DNA of 64,000 bases from Promethearchaeota archaeon (GTDB taxonomy: Archaea > Asgardarchaeota > Lokiarchaeia > Sigyniarchaeales > SOKP01). Position numbers and translations under genes: made by a program. Shown here piece by piece: positions 41,691 to 51,089 of this stretch. The DNA lies in the NCBI GenBank assembly GCA_019057865.1, contig JAHLWP010000018.1, positions 1 to 64,000 of the forward strand. The letters are read 5' to 3'. The notes under the pieces were generated by a model, which was not told the DNA's origin, searched no databases, and was given only the letters and a program-made list of their open reading frames with translations. Numbering within the stretch: position 1 is the first letter of the stretch; the number at the start of each line of letters is the position of its first letter.

Positions 41691-44600
41691 ATGGAAAAAG
41701 TGGGAGCTGTTATGGTTATAGGTGCTGGAATTGGTGGGTCTCAAGCCGCTTTAGATCTAGCTGATTCCGGTTATAAAGTCTATTTAATTGAATCTACAAC
41801 AAGTATTGGAGGAGTAATGGCACAGTTAGATAAAACATTCCCTACAAACGACTGTGCTATGTGTATAGTAAGTCCAAAGCTAGTTGAGACAGGACGTCAC
41901 CAGAATATAGATTTAAGTATTAATTGTAAAATTTTAGATGTATCAGGAGAAGCTGGTAATTTTAATGTAAAAGTATTAAAGAAAACACTATATATAAACC
42001 TTGAAAAATGTACTGGATGTGGAGTCTGTGGTCGCGAATGTCCTGTGGAAGCAATTGATATATTCAATGAAGGATTAGCAAAATATGCTGCAACATCAGT
42101 TAAATATCCGCAAGCAGTACCTCTTGTTTTCGCTATTAATAAAGATTATTGTATCGGCTGTGGAATATGCCAAGGAGTTTGTAAAGCCAAAGCAGTAGAA
42201 TATGACCGAGAAGATGAAGAAGTTGATATTAATGTTGGAGCAATAATTTTAGCTCCTGGTTTTGATGAATATATTCCACCAGAAGCTAATTTATATGGAT
42301 ATGGAAAGTATAAGAATGTAGTAACTAGTATAGAGTTTGAACGTATTTTAAGTGCTAGTGGTCCATATGCAGGTAGGGTTTTACGTCCTTCAGATGGGGA
42401 TATTCCTGAAAAATTAGCTTTTCTCCAATGTATTGGTTCTCGTGATTATACAGGAAATGGACAACCATATTGTTCTTCAGTTTGTTGTATGTATACAGCT
42501 AAAGAGGCAGTAATTGCCCATGAGCATATGCATCAAATAAAACCGACGATCTTTAGTATGGACGTAAGAGCTTATGGAAAAGATTTTGATAAATATATTA
42601 TTAGAGCCCAAGAGGAATATGGGGTTCAATATATAAGAAGTCGTATCTCATCTATAAAAGAAGTACCAGAAACTAAAGATTTAAGGATAAGATATGAAAC
42701 TGAAGATGGAAAAGTAATGGAAGAAGATTTTCAAATGGTAGTCCTTGCTGTTGGGTTAAATCCTCCTAATGATAATAAATATCTCGCAGAAAAGTATGGT
42801 ATTGAATTAAATGAATTTGGGTTTGCTAATACTGACAAATTTAACCCAGTTCAAACATCAAGATCAGGAATCTATGCATGTGGAGCTTTCTCATCTCCTA
42901 AAGATATTCCTGATACAGTAACCCAAGCTAGCGCGGCTGCAGGTTGTGTTAATCAACTTTTATATGAAAAAAGAGGGACATTAATTACAGAAAAAACTCT
43001 ACCTCCTGAAATTTATGTAAATGGACAACCACCTAGAATTGGTGTATTTATCTGTCATTGTGGAATTAATATTGGTGGCTATGTGGATGTTCCAGAAGTG
43101 ACAAAATATGCCACTACTCTCCCTAATGTAGTTATGGCAGATCGTAATCTATATACTTGTTCAGCAGATACTCAGACGATAATAAAAGATAAGGTAAAGG
43201 AATATTATCTTAATCGTGTTATTGTTGCATCATGTACTCCTAGAACACATGAACCTTTATTTCAAGAGACCATTAGAGAAGCAGGATTAAATAGGTATTT
43301 ATTTCAAATGGCAAATATTAGAGATCAATGTTCTTGGGTACATATGAACGAGCCAGAAAAGGCTACAGAAAAGGCTAAAGACTTAGTAAGAATGGCAGTA
43401 AATAAAGCGAGAGAAATAGAGCCTATTGAAAGGATAAAATTACCAGTTACTCCTAAAGCACTGGTTGTTGGAGGAGGAATAAGTGGTATGGTTGCCGCTC
43501 TTAATTTTGCTAGCCAAGAATATGATACATTTTTAGTTGAAAAGCAAGGAGAATTAGGAGGGTTTGCTAGACATATATATCATACACTTGAAGGAGGCAA
43601 TGTTCAAGAATTTTTAGCTGATTTAATAGAAAAAGTAAAATCGAATAAATTTATTCATGCATATACAGATGCAGAAATAGAAAATATTGAGGGATATATT
43701 GGCAATTTCAAGACTTCAATTATCCATGGAAAGAATAAAGAGCAAGTAGAATTCGAACATGGAGTGGTTATTGTTGCAACAGGCGCAAAAGAATATCAAC
43801 CTAAAGAATATCTATATGGGCATAATGATAAAGTAATACTCCAATCTGAATTCGAAGAGATGTTAAACATGGATAAGGGGAAGAATAAAAAATCAGTTGT
43901 AATGATTCAATGTGTAGGGTCAAGAAACGATGATCATCCTTATTGTAGTAAAATGTGCTGTGCTGAAGCAATTAAAAATGCGCTATTAGCCAAAGAAAAA
44001 AATCCAGATGTAGAAATAACAGTATTGTTCCGAGACATCCGCACTTATGGATTTAAAGAAAAATATTATCGTAAAGCACGCGAAAAGGGAGTTATTTTCC
44101 TACAATATGATGAAAATAATCCTCCAGAAATAATTCCAGAAGATTCACAATTAAGAATTGAAGTTTCTACACCAAGAAAAGAAAAAATATATATTAATTC
44201 TGATTTATTAGTTTTAAGTGCTGGAATATATGCAAACCGAGAGGAAAACGAAGATCTTGCCAAGATGTTGAAAGTTCCTCTTAATGATGATAATTTCTTT
44301 TTAGAAGCTCATGTTAAGCTACGCCCTGTTGATTTTGCCACCGAAGGCGTATTTGTAGCAGGTTTAGCACATTGTCCAAAGACAATCGAAGATTCTATTG
44401 CCCAGGCAAATGCTGCAGTTTCAAGAGCTTGTACTATACTGTCTAAAGATGAAATAGAAGCTGAAGGTAAGACTGCCATGGTTATTCCAGAAAGATGTAT
44501 TGGGTGTGGTATGTGTGTAGAGAATTGTGCATATAACGCAATAGAGTTAATTGATGACCGAAGGTTTGGAAGAATTGCCCAAATTAACCAAGTGTTATGT

Positions 44601-44702
44601 AAAGGCTGTGGGGCTTGCTCAGGAAATTGTAGATGTGCTGCGATAGATGTTCTAGGCTTCTCGGGTGAACAAATATTTGCGATGATAACTGGGAGGTGCT
44701 AA
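41691..44702 (+). CDS. hdrA: large tandem HdrA (two FAD modules)
   Basis: Two GxG FAD motifs, LDKTFPTNDC, CHCG, ferredoxin domains. Confidence 0.92.
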   Translation: MEKVGAVMVIGAGIGGSQAALDLADSGYKVYLIESTTSIGGVMAQLDKTFPTNDCAMCIVSPKLVETGRHQNIDLSINCKILDVSGEAGNFNVKVLKKTLYINLEKCTGCGVCGRECPVEAIDIFNEGLAKYAATSVKYPQAVPLVFAINKDYCIGCGICQGVCKAKAVEYDREDEEVDINVGAIILAPGFDEYIPPEANLYGYGKYKNVVTSIEFERILSASGPYAGRVLRPSDGDIPEKLAFLQCIGSRDYTGNGQPYCSSVCCMYTAKEAVIAHEHMHQIKPTIFSMDVRAYGKDFDKYIIRAQEEYGVQYIRSRISSIKEVPETKDLRIRYETEDGKVMEEDFQMVVLAVGLNPPNDNKYLAEKYGIELNEFGFANTDKFNPVQTSRSGIYACGAFSSPKDIPDTVTQASAAAGCVNQLLYEKRGTLITEKTLPPEIYVNGQPPRIGVFICHCGINIGGYVDVPEVTKYATTLPNVVMADRNLYTCSADTQTIIKDKVKEYYLNRVIVASCTPRTHEPLFQETIREAGLNRYLFQMANIRDQCSWVHMNEPEKATEKAKDLVRMAVNKAREIEPIERIKLPVTPKALVVGGGISGMVAALNFASQEYDTFLVEKQGELGGFARHIYHTLEGGNVQEFLADLIEKVKSNKFIHAYTDAEIENIEGYIGNFKTSIIHGKNKEQVEFEHGVVIVATGAKEYQPKEYLYGHNDKVILQSEFEEMLNMDKGKNKKSVVMIQCVGSRNDDHPYCSKMCCAEAIKNALLAKEKNPDVEITVLFRDIRTYGFKEKYYRKAREKGVIFLQYDENNPPEIIPEDSQLRIEVSTPRKEKIYINSDLLVLSAGIYANREENEDLAKMLKVPLNDDNFFLEAHVKLRPVDFATEGVFVAGLAHCPKTIEDSIAQANAAVSRACTILSKDEIEAEGKTAMVIPERCIGCGMCVENCAYNAIELIDDRRFGRIAQINQVLCKGCGACSGNCRCAAIDVLGFSGEQIFAMITGRC

Positions 44703-44706
44703 AAAG

Positions 44707-45159
44707 ATGACTTTACAAACAAAACAAGAAGAAAATATAAATGAAGAATGGGAACCAAAAATTATAGCATTTTTATGTAATTGGTGTTCCTATGCCGGAG
44801 CAGATTTAGCGGGAGTTAGTAGAATTCAATATCCTCCTACTATTAGAGTTGTGAGGGTTCCATGTTCGGGTAGAGTAAACCCATACTTTATTATTAAGAG
44901 TTTGATGGATGGGTGGGATGGAATTGTTGTTTCAGGTTGCCATCCTGGAGATTGTCATTATCTGACAGGAAATTTAGTAGCAAGAAGGCGATTTGCTATT
45001 TTAAAAGAATTATTAGAATTTTTCGGTATAGAGCCAGGAAGAGTTAATTTTATGTGGGCTTCTGCTGCTGAGGGTGAACGTTTTGCTACTTTAATTAAGA
45101 AAGCTACAAATATAGTTAAAAAATTAGGACCAAATAAAAAATTTGAAAAGAAGTGGTGA
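44707..45159 (+). CDS. mvhD: MvhD/FlxD [2Fe-2S] subunit
   Basis: CNWCSY, PCSGR, GCHPGDCHY. Confidence 0.9.
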   Translation: MTLQTKQEENINEEWEPKIIAFLCNWCSYAGADLAGVSRIQYPPTIRVVRVPCSGRVNPYFIIKSLMDGWDGIVVSGCHPGDCHYLTGNLVARRRFAILKELLEFFGIEPGRVNFMWASAAEGERFATLIKKATNIVKKLGPNKKFEKKW

Positions 45160-45164
45160 TGATT

Positions 45165-46184
45165 ATGGGAATTGAGGCCGAAAATCAGGAAATCGAAAAT
45201 TCAGTCAGGGAAATAGCAAGAAAACTACTTAAAGAGAAAGAAGTAGATGTTATAATTGGGTATACGAAGGGGACAGTTCCCTTAAGCTCTGCACCAATAA
45301 TGATAACTAAAGAGGAAGAGGTTGATAAATTAATTTGGAATAATCTATGCTATGTAAATTTAGCTAAATATCTAGTGCCTAGAATACCTCAACTCATTGA
45401 TCCTGAAAAAGGAGATTTGAAAGTAGGAATAGTGTCAAAGGGTTGTGTTGGACGAGCATTAATTCATTTATCAGTGGAAAATCAAATTAATCTAGAAAAT
45501 ATTAAGATGATTGGAATCCCGTGTAATGGTATAATAAATCGAAGAAGAATCGAAAAGGAGATTGGTGAAAAAGAGATTTTAGAAGTTTTTACATCTGAGA
45601 ATGATATAGTTGTAAAAGGAAAGGATTTTGAACATAAATTTTCTTATGACGATTATATCAATGAATTATGTAAGGTTTGTAAAATTAAGTCTCCTCCAAC
45701 ATTAGCAGAATTAGCAGAAACATGTATTGGTGAATGTAAAGAAATAAGTTCTGTAGATGATGATTTTGAGGATTTAACAGAATTTGAATCAAAATCATCT
45801 GAAGAGAAATGGGAATATATTAAAGATTCATTAGAGACATGCACTAAATGCTATGCTTGTAGAGAGGCATGTCCAATGTGTTATTGTAATTTATGTTTTG
45901 TTGATCAGAATAAACCAATTTGGTTTGGAAAAACAACAGATTTATCTGATATAATTGTATTTCATTTAGTTAGAGCTATGCATTTAGCGGGTCGATGTGT
46001 AGCATGTGGCGCGTGTAGTAGTGTTTGCCCTATGGGAATTGATTTAAATTTAATTACAAGGAAATTAGAAAAAATAGTAAAAGAAAGATTTAATTTTACA
46101 TCTGGTATAGATTACAAGAAAGTTCCACCCATGATGGATTTTAGGATGGATGATGCAGAAGAATTTATGCTAGAAGAAGATTAA
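45165..46184 (+). CDS. Fe-S protein, FdhB/FlxC-like
   Basis: CTKCYACREACPMCYCNLC, HLAGRCVACGACSSVCP; GGTGATG SD. Confidence 0.8.
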   Translation: MGIEAENQEIENSVREIARKLLKEKEVDVIIGYTKGTVPLSSAPIMITKEEEVDKLIWNNLCYVNLAKYLVPRIPQLIDPEKGDLKVGIVSKGCVGRALIHLSVENQINLENIKMIGIPCNGIINRRRIEKEIGEKEILEVFTSENDIVVKGKDFEHKFSYDDYINELCKVCKIKSPPTLAELAETCIGECKEISSVDDDFEDLTEFESKSSEEKWEYIKDSLETCTKCYACREACPMCYCNLCFVDQNKPIWFGKTTDLSDIIVFHLVRAMHLAGRCVACGACSSVCPMGIDLNLITRKLEKIVKERFNFTSGIDYKKVPPMMDFRMDDAEEFMLEED

Positions 46185-46198
46185 AAAGGTGATAAAGA

Positions 46199-47260
46199 AT
46201 AAACCAAAAATTATTAATGAAAAATGAAATAGGGAAGCTTTATATTGAATTGGGGGAAGAATATAGTTTCTATGCTCCAATAAAGGAAAAGGGAAATTTA
46301 GTGTTTAAAAAAATCTTAAATCCTGATGATATTATATTAGATTACTTTAATTCAAAAGTTCCACCAAAAGAAATCTTGTTTCCAAAAACGGAAGTATTAT
46401 TCGAATATAAAACTGATGGAAAAGAGGTAACGGAGATTATTGAAAGAAAAGATTTAGACAAGAAGAACATCATTTTTGGAATTAGACCATGTGATGCTCA
46501 TGCATTTGTGCTTATGGAAAACTTTTTTGCATTGGGGGATTATCAAGATGAGATCTTTTTGAAGAAAAGAGAAAATTCTATCATAATTGGAGTTGGTTGT
46601 AATAATCCGAAGAACACCTGTTTTTGCACCTCAGTAGAAGGTCACCCTTTTCAAAAAGATGATATGGATATCTTTTTGGTAGATTTAGGTGAAAAATATT
46701 TAGTTGAGGCAATAAGTGAAAAAGGTAGAGATTTAATGAATAAATTACCATGGCTGAAGAATGCTACTAAAAAGGATATTCAAAAAGCCACAGAATTATC
46801 TAAACAAGCAGAAGAATCCATTGTAACTAAATTAGATTTAAAAGATATTGAAAAAGTTCTTGATCCTAATTTTGATCATCCAATATGGAGAGAAGTCAGT
46901 GAAATTTGTATAGGATGCGGTACATGTTCTTTCTTATGTCCAACATGTACCTGTTTTGATGTTATTGATGATAATGATCAATACAATAATCGAGGTAGAA
47001 GAATTAGAATTTGGGATACTTGCCAATTCTGTCTATATTCACTTCATACAAGTGGTCATAATCCTCGAGATAGCTGTATTGAACGCTGTAGAAATCGAAT
47101 TTTACATAAATTTTGCTATTATCCTGAGAATTATAACACATTAGGTTGTGTTGGATGTGGTCGGTGTATTCAACTGTGCCCTGTTAATAATGATCTTAGA
47201 ACAATTATTGAAAAAATTAAGAAAATTGAACAAAAAAAGGAGGAGAAAATAAGTGCCTAA
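46199..47260 (+). CDS. Fe-S protein, AsrA/FlxB-like; probable ATA start
   Basis: RPCD, CFC, CIGCGTCSFLCPTCTC, CVGCGRCIQLCP; GGTGA-N6-ATA. Confidence 0.8.
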   Translation: MNQKLLMKNEIGKLYIELGEEYSFYAPIKEKGNLVFKKILNPDDIILDYFNSKVPPKEILFPKTEVLFEYKTDGKEVTEIIERKDLDKKNIIFGIRPCDAHAFVLMENFFALGDYQDEIFLKKRENSIIIGVGCNNPKNTCFCTSVEGHPFQKDDMDIFLVDLGEKYLVEAISEKGRDLMNKLPWLKNATKKDIQKATELSKQAEESIVTKLDLKDIEKVLDPNFDHPIWREVSEICIGCGTCSFLCPTCTCFDVIDDNDQYNNRGRRIRIWDTCQFCLYSLHTSGHNPRDSCIERCRNRILHKFCYYPENYNTLGCVGCGRCIQLCPVNNDLRTIIEKIKKIEQKKEEKISA

Positions 47261-48092
47261 TCCGTATATCCCCTTGCTTACCGAAGTTAAAAATATTGTT
47301 TCGGAAAATGAAGTAAATGACATAAAAACTCTTGAATTGATATTTAAGAAAGAAGAAGATTTAAAAAGTTTTAAATACATTCCAGGACAATTTGCTGAAA
47401 TAAGCTTAATAGGAAAGGGGGAATGTCCTATTGGTATAGCCTCTTCGCCAACAGAAACAGGCTCAATCATGTTTACAATAAAAAAGATGGGAACTGTAAC
47501 TACAGGATTTCACTATTGTGATATGGGAGATATTGTAGGAGTAAGAGGTCCTTTAGGTAATGGCTGGCCAATTGAAGAAATGGAAGGCAAAAATATCATG
47601 GTCATCGGGGGCGGATTTGCATTTTCAACTTTGCGATCTCTAGTCGTGTATTTGCTAGATGAAAAATATAGAAACAATTATAAAGATATTACTGTGATTT
47701 ATGGCAATCGTGATTCTGGTGAAGTATTATATAGAGATATCCTTGAAGAATGGGAACAAAGAGAAGATATTAAAGTAGTTCTAACAATTGATCGCGAAGA
47801 GGAGGGATGGACCCGCGAAGTTGGATTTGTTGCGGCAATAGTTAAGAAGGTTGCTCCATCTCCTGATAACGCTATGGCGGTAGTCTGTGGGCCGCCCATA
47901 ATGATTAGGACTGCCGTGGCTGAATTGGTAAATCTAGGTTGGAAGGACGAGCAAATTTTAAATTCATTAGAGATGAGAATGAAGTGCGGAATTGGCAAAT
48001 GTGGAAGATGTAATATCGGTAATAAATTCGTCTGTATTGATGGACCAGTGTTCTCTCTGGCAGAGCTTAAAAAAATGCCAAATGAATATTAA
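47253..48092 (+). CDS. FAD/NAD-binding oxidoreductase, AsrB/FlxA-like
   Basis: PGQF, GPLGNG, VCGPP, MKCGIGKCGRC. Confidence 0.88.
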   Translation: MPNPYIPLLTEVKNIVSENEVNDIKTLELIFKKEEDLKSFKYIPGQFAEISLIGKGECPIGIASSPTETGSIMFTIKKMGTVTTGFHYCDMGDIVGVRGPLGNGWPIEEMEGKNIMVIGGGFAFSTLRSLVVYLLDEKYRNNYKDITVIYGNRDSGEVLYRDILEEWEQREDIKVVLTIDREEEGWTREVGFVAAIVKKVAPSPDNAMAVVCGPPIMIRTAVAELVNLGWKDEQILNSLEMRMKCGIGKCGRCNIGNKFVCIDGPVFSLAELKKMPNEY

Positions 48093-48134
48093 ACTAATTG
48101 ATTAAAGAGGAAAAAGAAAAGAGGTTAAAAAAAA

Positions 48135-49244
48135 ATGGTTGAAGAAGTTCTACCTAAATCTTTTGAAGATTTAATAAAAGATGTCCATGAACCAGGTATT
48201 TGTGGAGAATGTGGGGGATGTGTTAGCTTTTGCTCGGCTCATGAGATAAAAGCAATTGAGATGTCCGAAACAGGACCTCCAAGATATTATAATAAAGATA
48301 ATTGCCTAAAATGTGGGATTTGTTATTTAGTATGCCCTCAAACTCACATCTTAGATAATGAATTAAATGATAAGTATCATTATAAAGTATCTATTGGTAA
48401 TTGGACAAAAATTGCATCAAGTCAAGCCGCTTCAGAGGAAATTAGGAGAAATGCAACAGATGGTGGTGTTGTAACTGCGATTTTAATGTATTTATTAGAT
48501 AAGAACTTAATAAACGGAGCTATTGTCTCAAAAAGAGAAGGTCCATTTAATAGAGTTCCTTTCTTCGCTACAACGAAAGAGGAATTAATAGAAGCTGCAG
48601 GATCTCACTATGAAATCTCACAGGGAGTTGTAAGCTTAGAGAAATATAATTCATTTGTACCCTCGATCACAAAACTAAAAACAGTTGTGAGTTCTGATGC
48701 AATGAGCATTGCTGTTGTTGGTACACCATGTCAGATAAATTCTATTAGAAAGATGCAAGAATTAAGCATTTTACCTGCTCATATAGTAAAATATACATTT
48801 GGCTTATTTTGTAATTTAAATTTCTCATTTAACGCTGAAGCTCGTAAAAAATTAGAAAAGCGGTTTGATTTTTCTTTTGATGATGTAGAAAAATTAAATA
48901 TTAAGGAAAATTTGATCGTGCAGCTTAATGACGGTAAAACAAAAGATATTGATTTTAAGGATGTTCACGAATTTGCAAGACCTGCATGTTTTGCATGCCG
49001 GGACTTTTCTAATGTATACGCAGATATATCATTTGGAGGTTTAGGATCTAATGATGGATACACAACCGCGATAATTAGGACAAAAACAGGTGAAGAAATA
49101 TATAATAATGCTCTTAGAGAAGGATATATACAAGAACCTCCTGATCTAAATACTTCTGTTAAAAAATCAGAGATGCTTGCTAAAGTTATTAGTTTCGGAA
49201 AAAGAAAGTTCCAAAGGTATAAAGAAGCTTTAAAAGAAAGGTAA
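48135..49244 (+). CDS. frhB: F420 hydrogenase/dehydrogenase beta subunit family protein with N-terminal ferredoxin
   Basis: CGECGGC, TDGGVVTA, VGTPCQ, GLFC, CFAC, ADISFG. Confidence 0.85.
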   Translation: MVEEVLPKSFEDLIKDVHEPGICGECGGCVSFCSAHEIKAIEMSETGPPRYYNKDNCLKCGICYLVCPQTHILDNELNDKYHYKVSIGNWTKIASSQAASEEIRRNATDGGVVTAILMYLLDKNLINGAIVSKREGPFNRVPFFATTKEELIEAAGSHYEISQGVVSLEKYNSFVPSITKLKTVVSSDAMSIAVVGTPCQINSIRKMQELSILPAHIVKYTFGLFCNLNFSFNAEARKKLEKRFDFSFDDVEKLNIKENLIVQLNDGKTKDIDFKDVHEFARPACFACRDFSNVYADISFGGLGSNDGYTTAIIRTKTGEEIYNNALREGYIQEPPDLNTSVKKSEMLAKVISFGKRKFQRYKEALKER

Positions 49245-49673
49245 TAATCTAATTTTTTTTTTATTTAGATGATTGTTTCTATAAAAATTCGTATTCTAAA
49301 TTGAGATTAAGGAAATAAAATTGATAGGTTTTGTTCAAAAGGCAACTAATTTCAGATAAGATCGATTTTTTTTATACAATTTTGTAACCTTATAATTATT
49401 CTGATATATTAAATCTTAGATTTTTTATGTTATCTGTCGGATATATTACAAATTTCATTATCACAATTTTGTTTTAGATAAAATTTGTACATTATTGTCT
49501 ATCGGAAAGGATGATTTTTTCATAATTTTTTTTTATTTTCGATAATATAATTTTAATTTATGGTCGCTTTTGAGCATTTTGTTCCTTTGTGATCGCCTTT
49601 TTCATACAAGTTTCTCGGATGCAGCATTTTTTGGATTAAAAACGTTCGATTCTGAAAATTGAATAGTGTATTT

Positions 49674-49703
49674 ATGATCGAGATCGATCATTTCATTTAA
49701 ATA
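49674..49703. promoter_or_regulatory. perfect palindrome ATGATCGA-GA-TCGATCAT just upstream of a TATA-like TTTAAATA
   Basis: Read directly; about 110-135 nt upstream of the second Hdr cluster. Confidence 0.45.
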
Positions 49704-49808
49704 GGTAATTTTCTTATAAAATTACAGTATAAAAAAAAAAAAAATTACATTAGAATTTATTTTTGAGGATTATTTTTAGCGATAATGAAAGTTTTAAGGT
49801 GATATATT

Positions 49809-51065
49809 ATATCAGGAAATGAAATCGAAAAGTTAATCAAGAGTTCTGATTTAGATAGATCCTTTATTAAATCTCTATCCAAAATTGAGGGAGCAAAAAG
49901 TATATTAGCTTGTTTTCAATGTGGAATGTGCTCATCAAGCTGTCCTATTGAAGAGCAATTTCCTTTAAGTCCAGATGATTTAACTAAAATAGCTGCAATT
50001 GGTGCGAAAAACAAGATTTTAAGAGAAAATGTCCTTAGATATTGCTTAACTTGCCGAACTTGTCAAGAATATTGCCCACAAGGTGTTGATTTTATTGAAT
50101 TCATTAAAGCAGCTAGAAGGTTATTAGTAGACAAGGGTATGAAATATGAGGAGACTCATGATGGGATATTAACTCTTCTAAATGAAATACAAGCAAAACA
50201 ATCATCAGGCTTAATATTACCCTCTGATTTAATACCAGAGGGATCTCAAATATCTAGAAAGGGTAAGATAGCATATTTTATTGGATGCTTACCAATTCTG
50301 GATGTTGTTTTTAATAATTTAGACTTAAATTTGCAAGGAATTGCGCAAAATGGAATAAAGATCATGAATGAGGTACTCGAAAAGCCACCAATAATTCTTG
50401 GAAATATGAAATGTTGTGGACATGATGCCCTTTGGAAGGGACATTTTGAGACTTTTAAAAAATTGGCAGAATATAATGTGAACGAAATCAATAAGTTAGG
50501 TATTGAAACTATCATTACAACATGTGCAGAATGTTATAGAACGTTAAAATTAGATTATCCGAAATATATTGAAAATGCCAATTTTAAGGTCATTCACCTT
50601 ACAGAATTGATTGCTGATGAAGTTGAAAGTGGTCAATTTGAATTTTTAGACTCTCCTAATCGGGCAGTTACATATCATGATCCTTGCAGATTAGGAAGGC
50701 ACATGAAAGTTTATTCACCTCCTAGAAAAATCCTTAATTCAATGGAAGAACACGGGATCATATTTAATGAAATGCCAAGATCCAAGGAAAATTCTGTTTG
50801 CTGTGGAGTAAGTTGCTTTATAAATTGTAATGATCTATCAAAGGCTTTACAGCTCGATAGAATAAAAGAAGCAAAAAAGGTTGCAGATTTATTAGTAACC
50901 TCTTGTCCAAAATGCCAAATTCATTATAATTGTATGCTTCAAGAGAAAAAAGAAAAAATTTCTGATGAAATAAAGTTAGAAATTACAGATATAACAAATT
51001 TAATAGCTAATATGATGGGTTTTTCAGAAGAGAAAAAAGATGAAGTATTATTAGCCTCCCCTTAA
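49809..51065 (+). CDS. HdrD/GlpC-like Fe-S + CCG-domain oxidoreductase; probable ATA start
   Basis: CFQCGMCSSSCP begins upstream of the first ATG; CLTCRTCQEYCP, CCG twice, YHDPC. Confidence 0.85.
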   Translation: MSGNEIEKLIKSSDLDRSFIKSLSKIEGAKSILACFQCGMCSSSCPIEEQFPLSPDDLTKIAAIGAKNKILRENVLRYCLTCRTCQEYCPQGVDFIEFIKAARRLLVDKGMKYEETHDGILTLLNEIQAKQSSGLILPSDLIPEGSQISRKGKIAYFIGCLPILDVVFNNLDLNLQGIAQNGIKIMNEVLEKPPIILGNMKCCGHDALWKGHFETFKKLAEYNVNEINKLGIETIITTCAECYRTLKLDYPKYIENANFKVIHLTELIADEVESGQFEFLDSPNRAVTYHDPCRLGRHMKVYSPPRKILNSMEEHGIIFNEMPRSKENSVCCGVSCFINCNDLSKALQLDRIKEAKKVADLLVTSCPKCQIHYNCMLQEKKEKISDEIKLEITDITNLIANMMGFSEEKKDEVLLASP

Positions 51066-51089
51066 AGTACTTAAGAAGGTTGTAATTAA

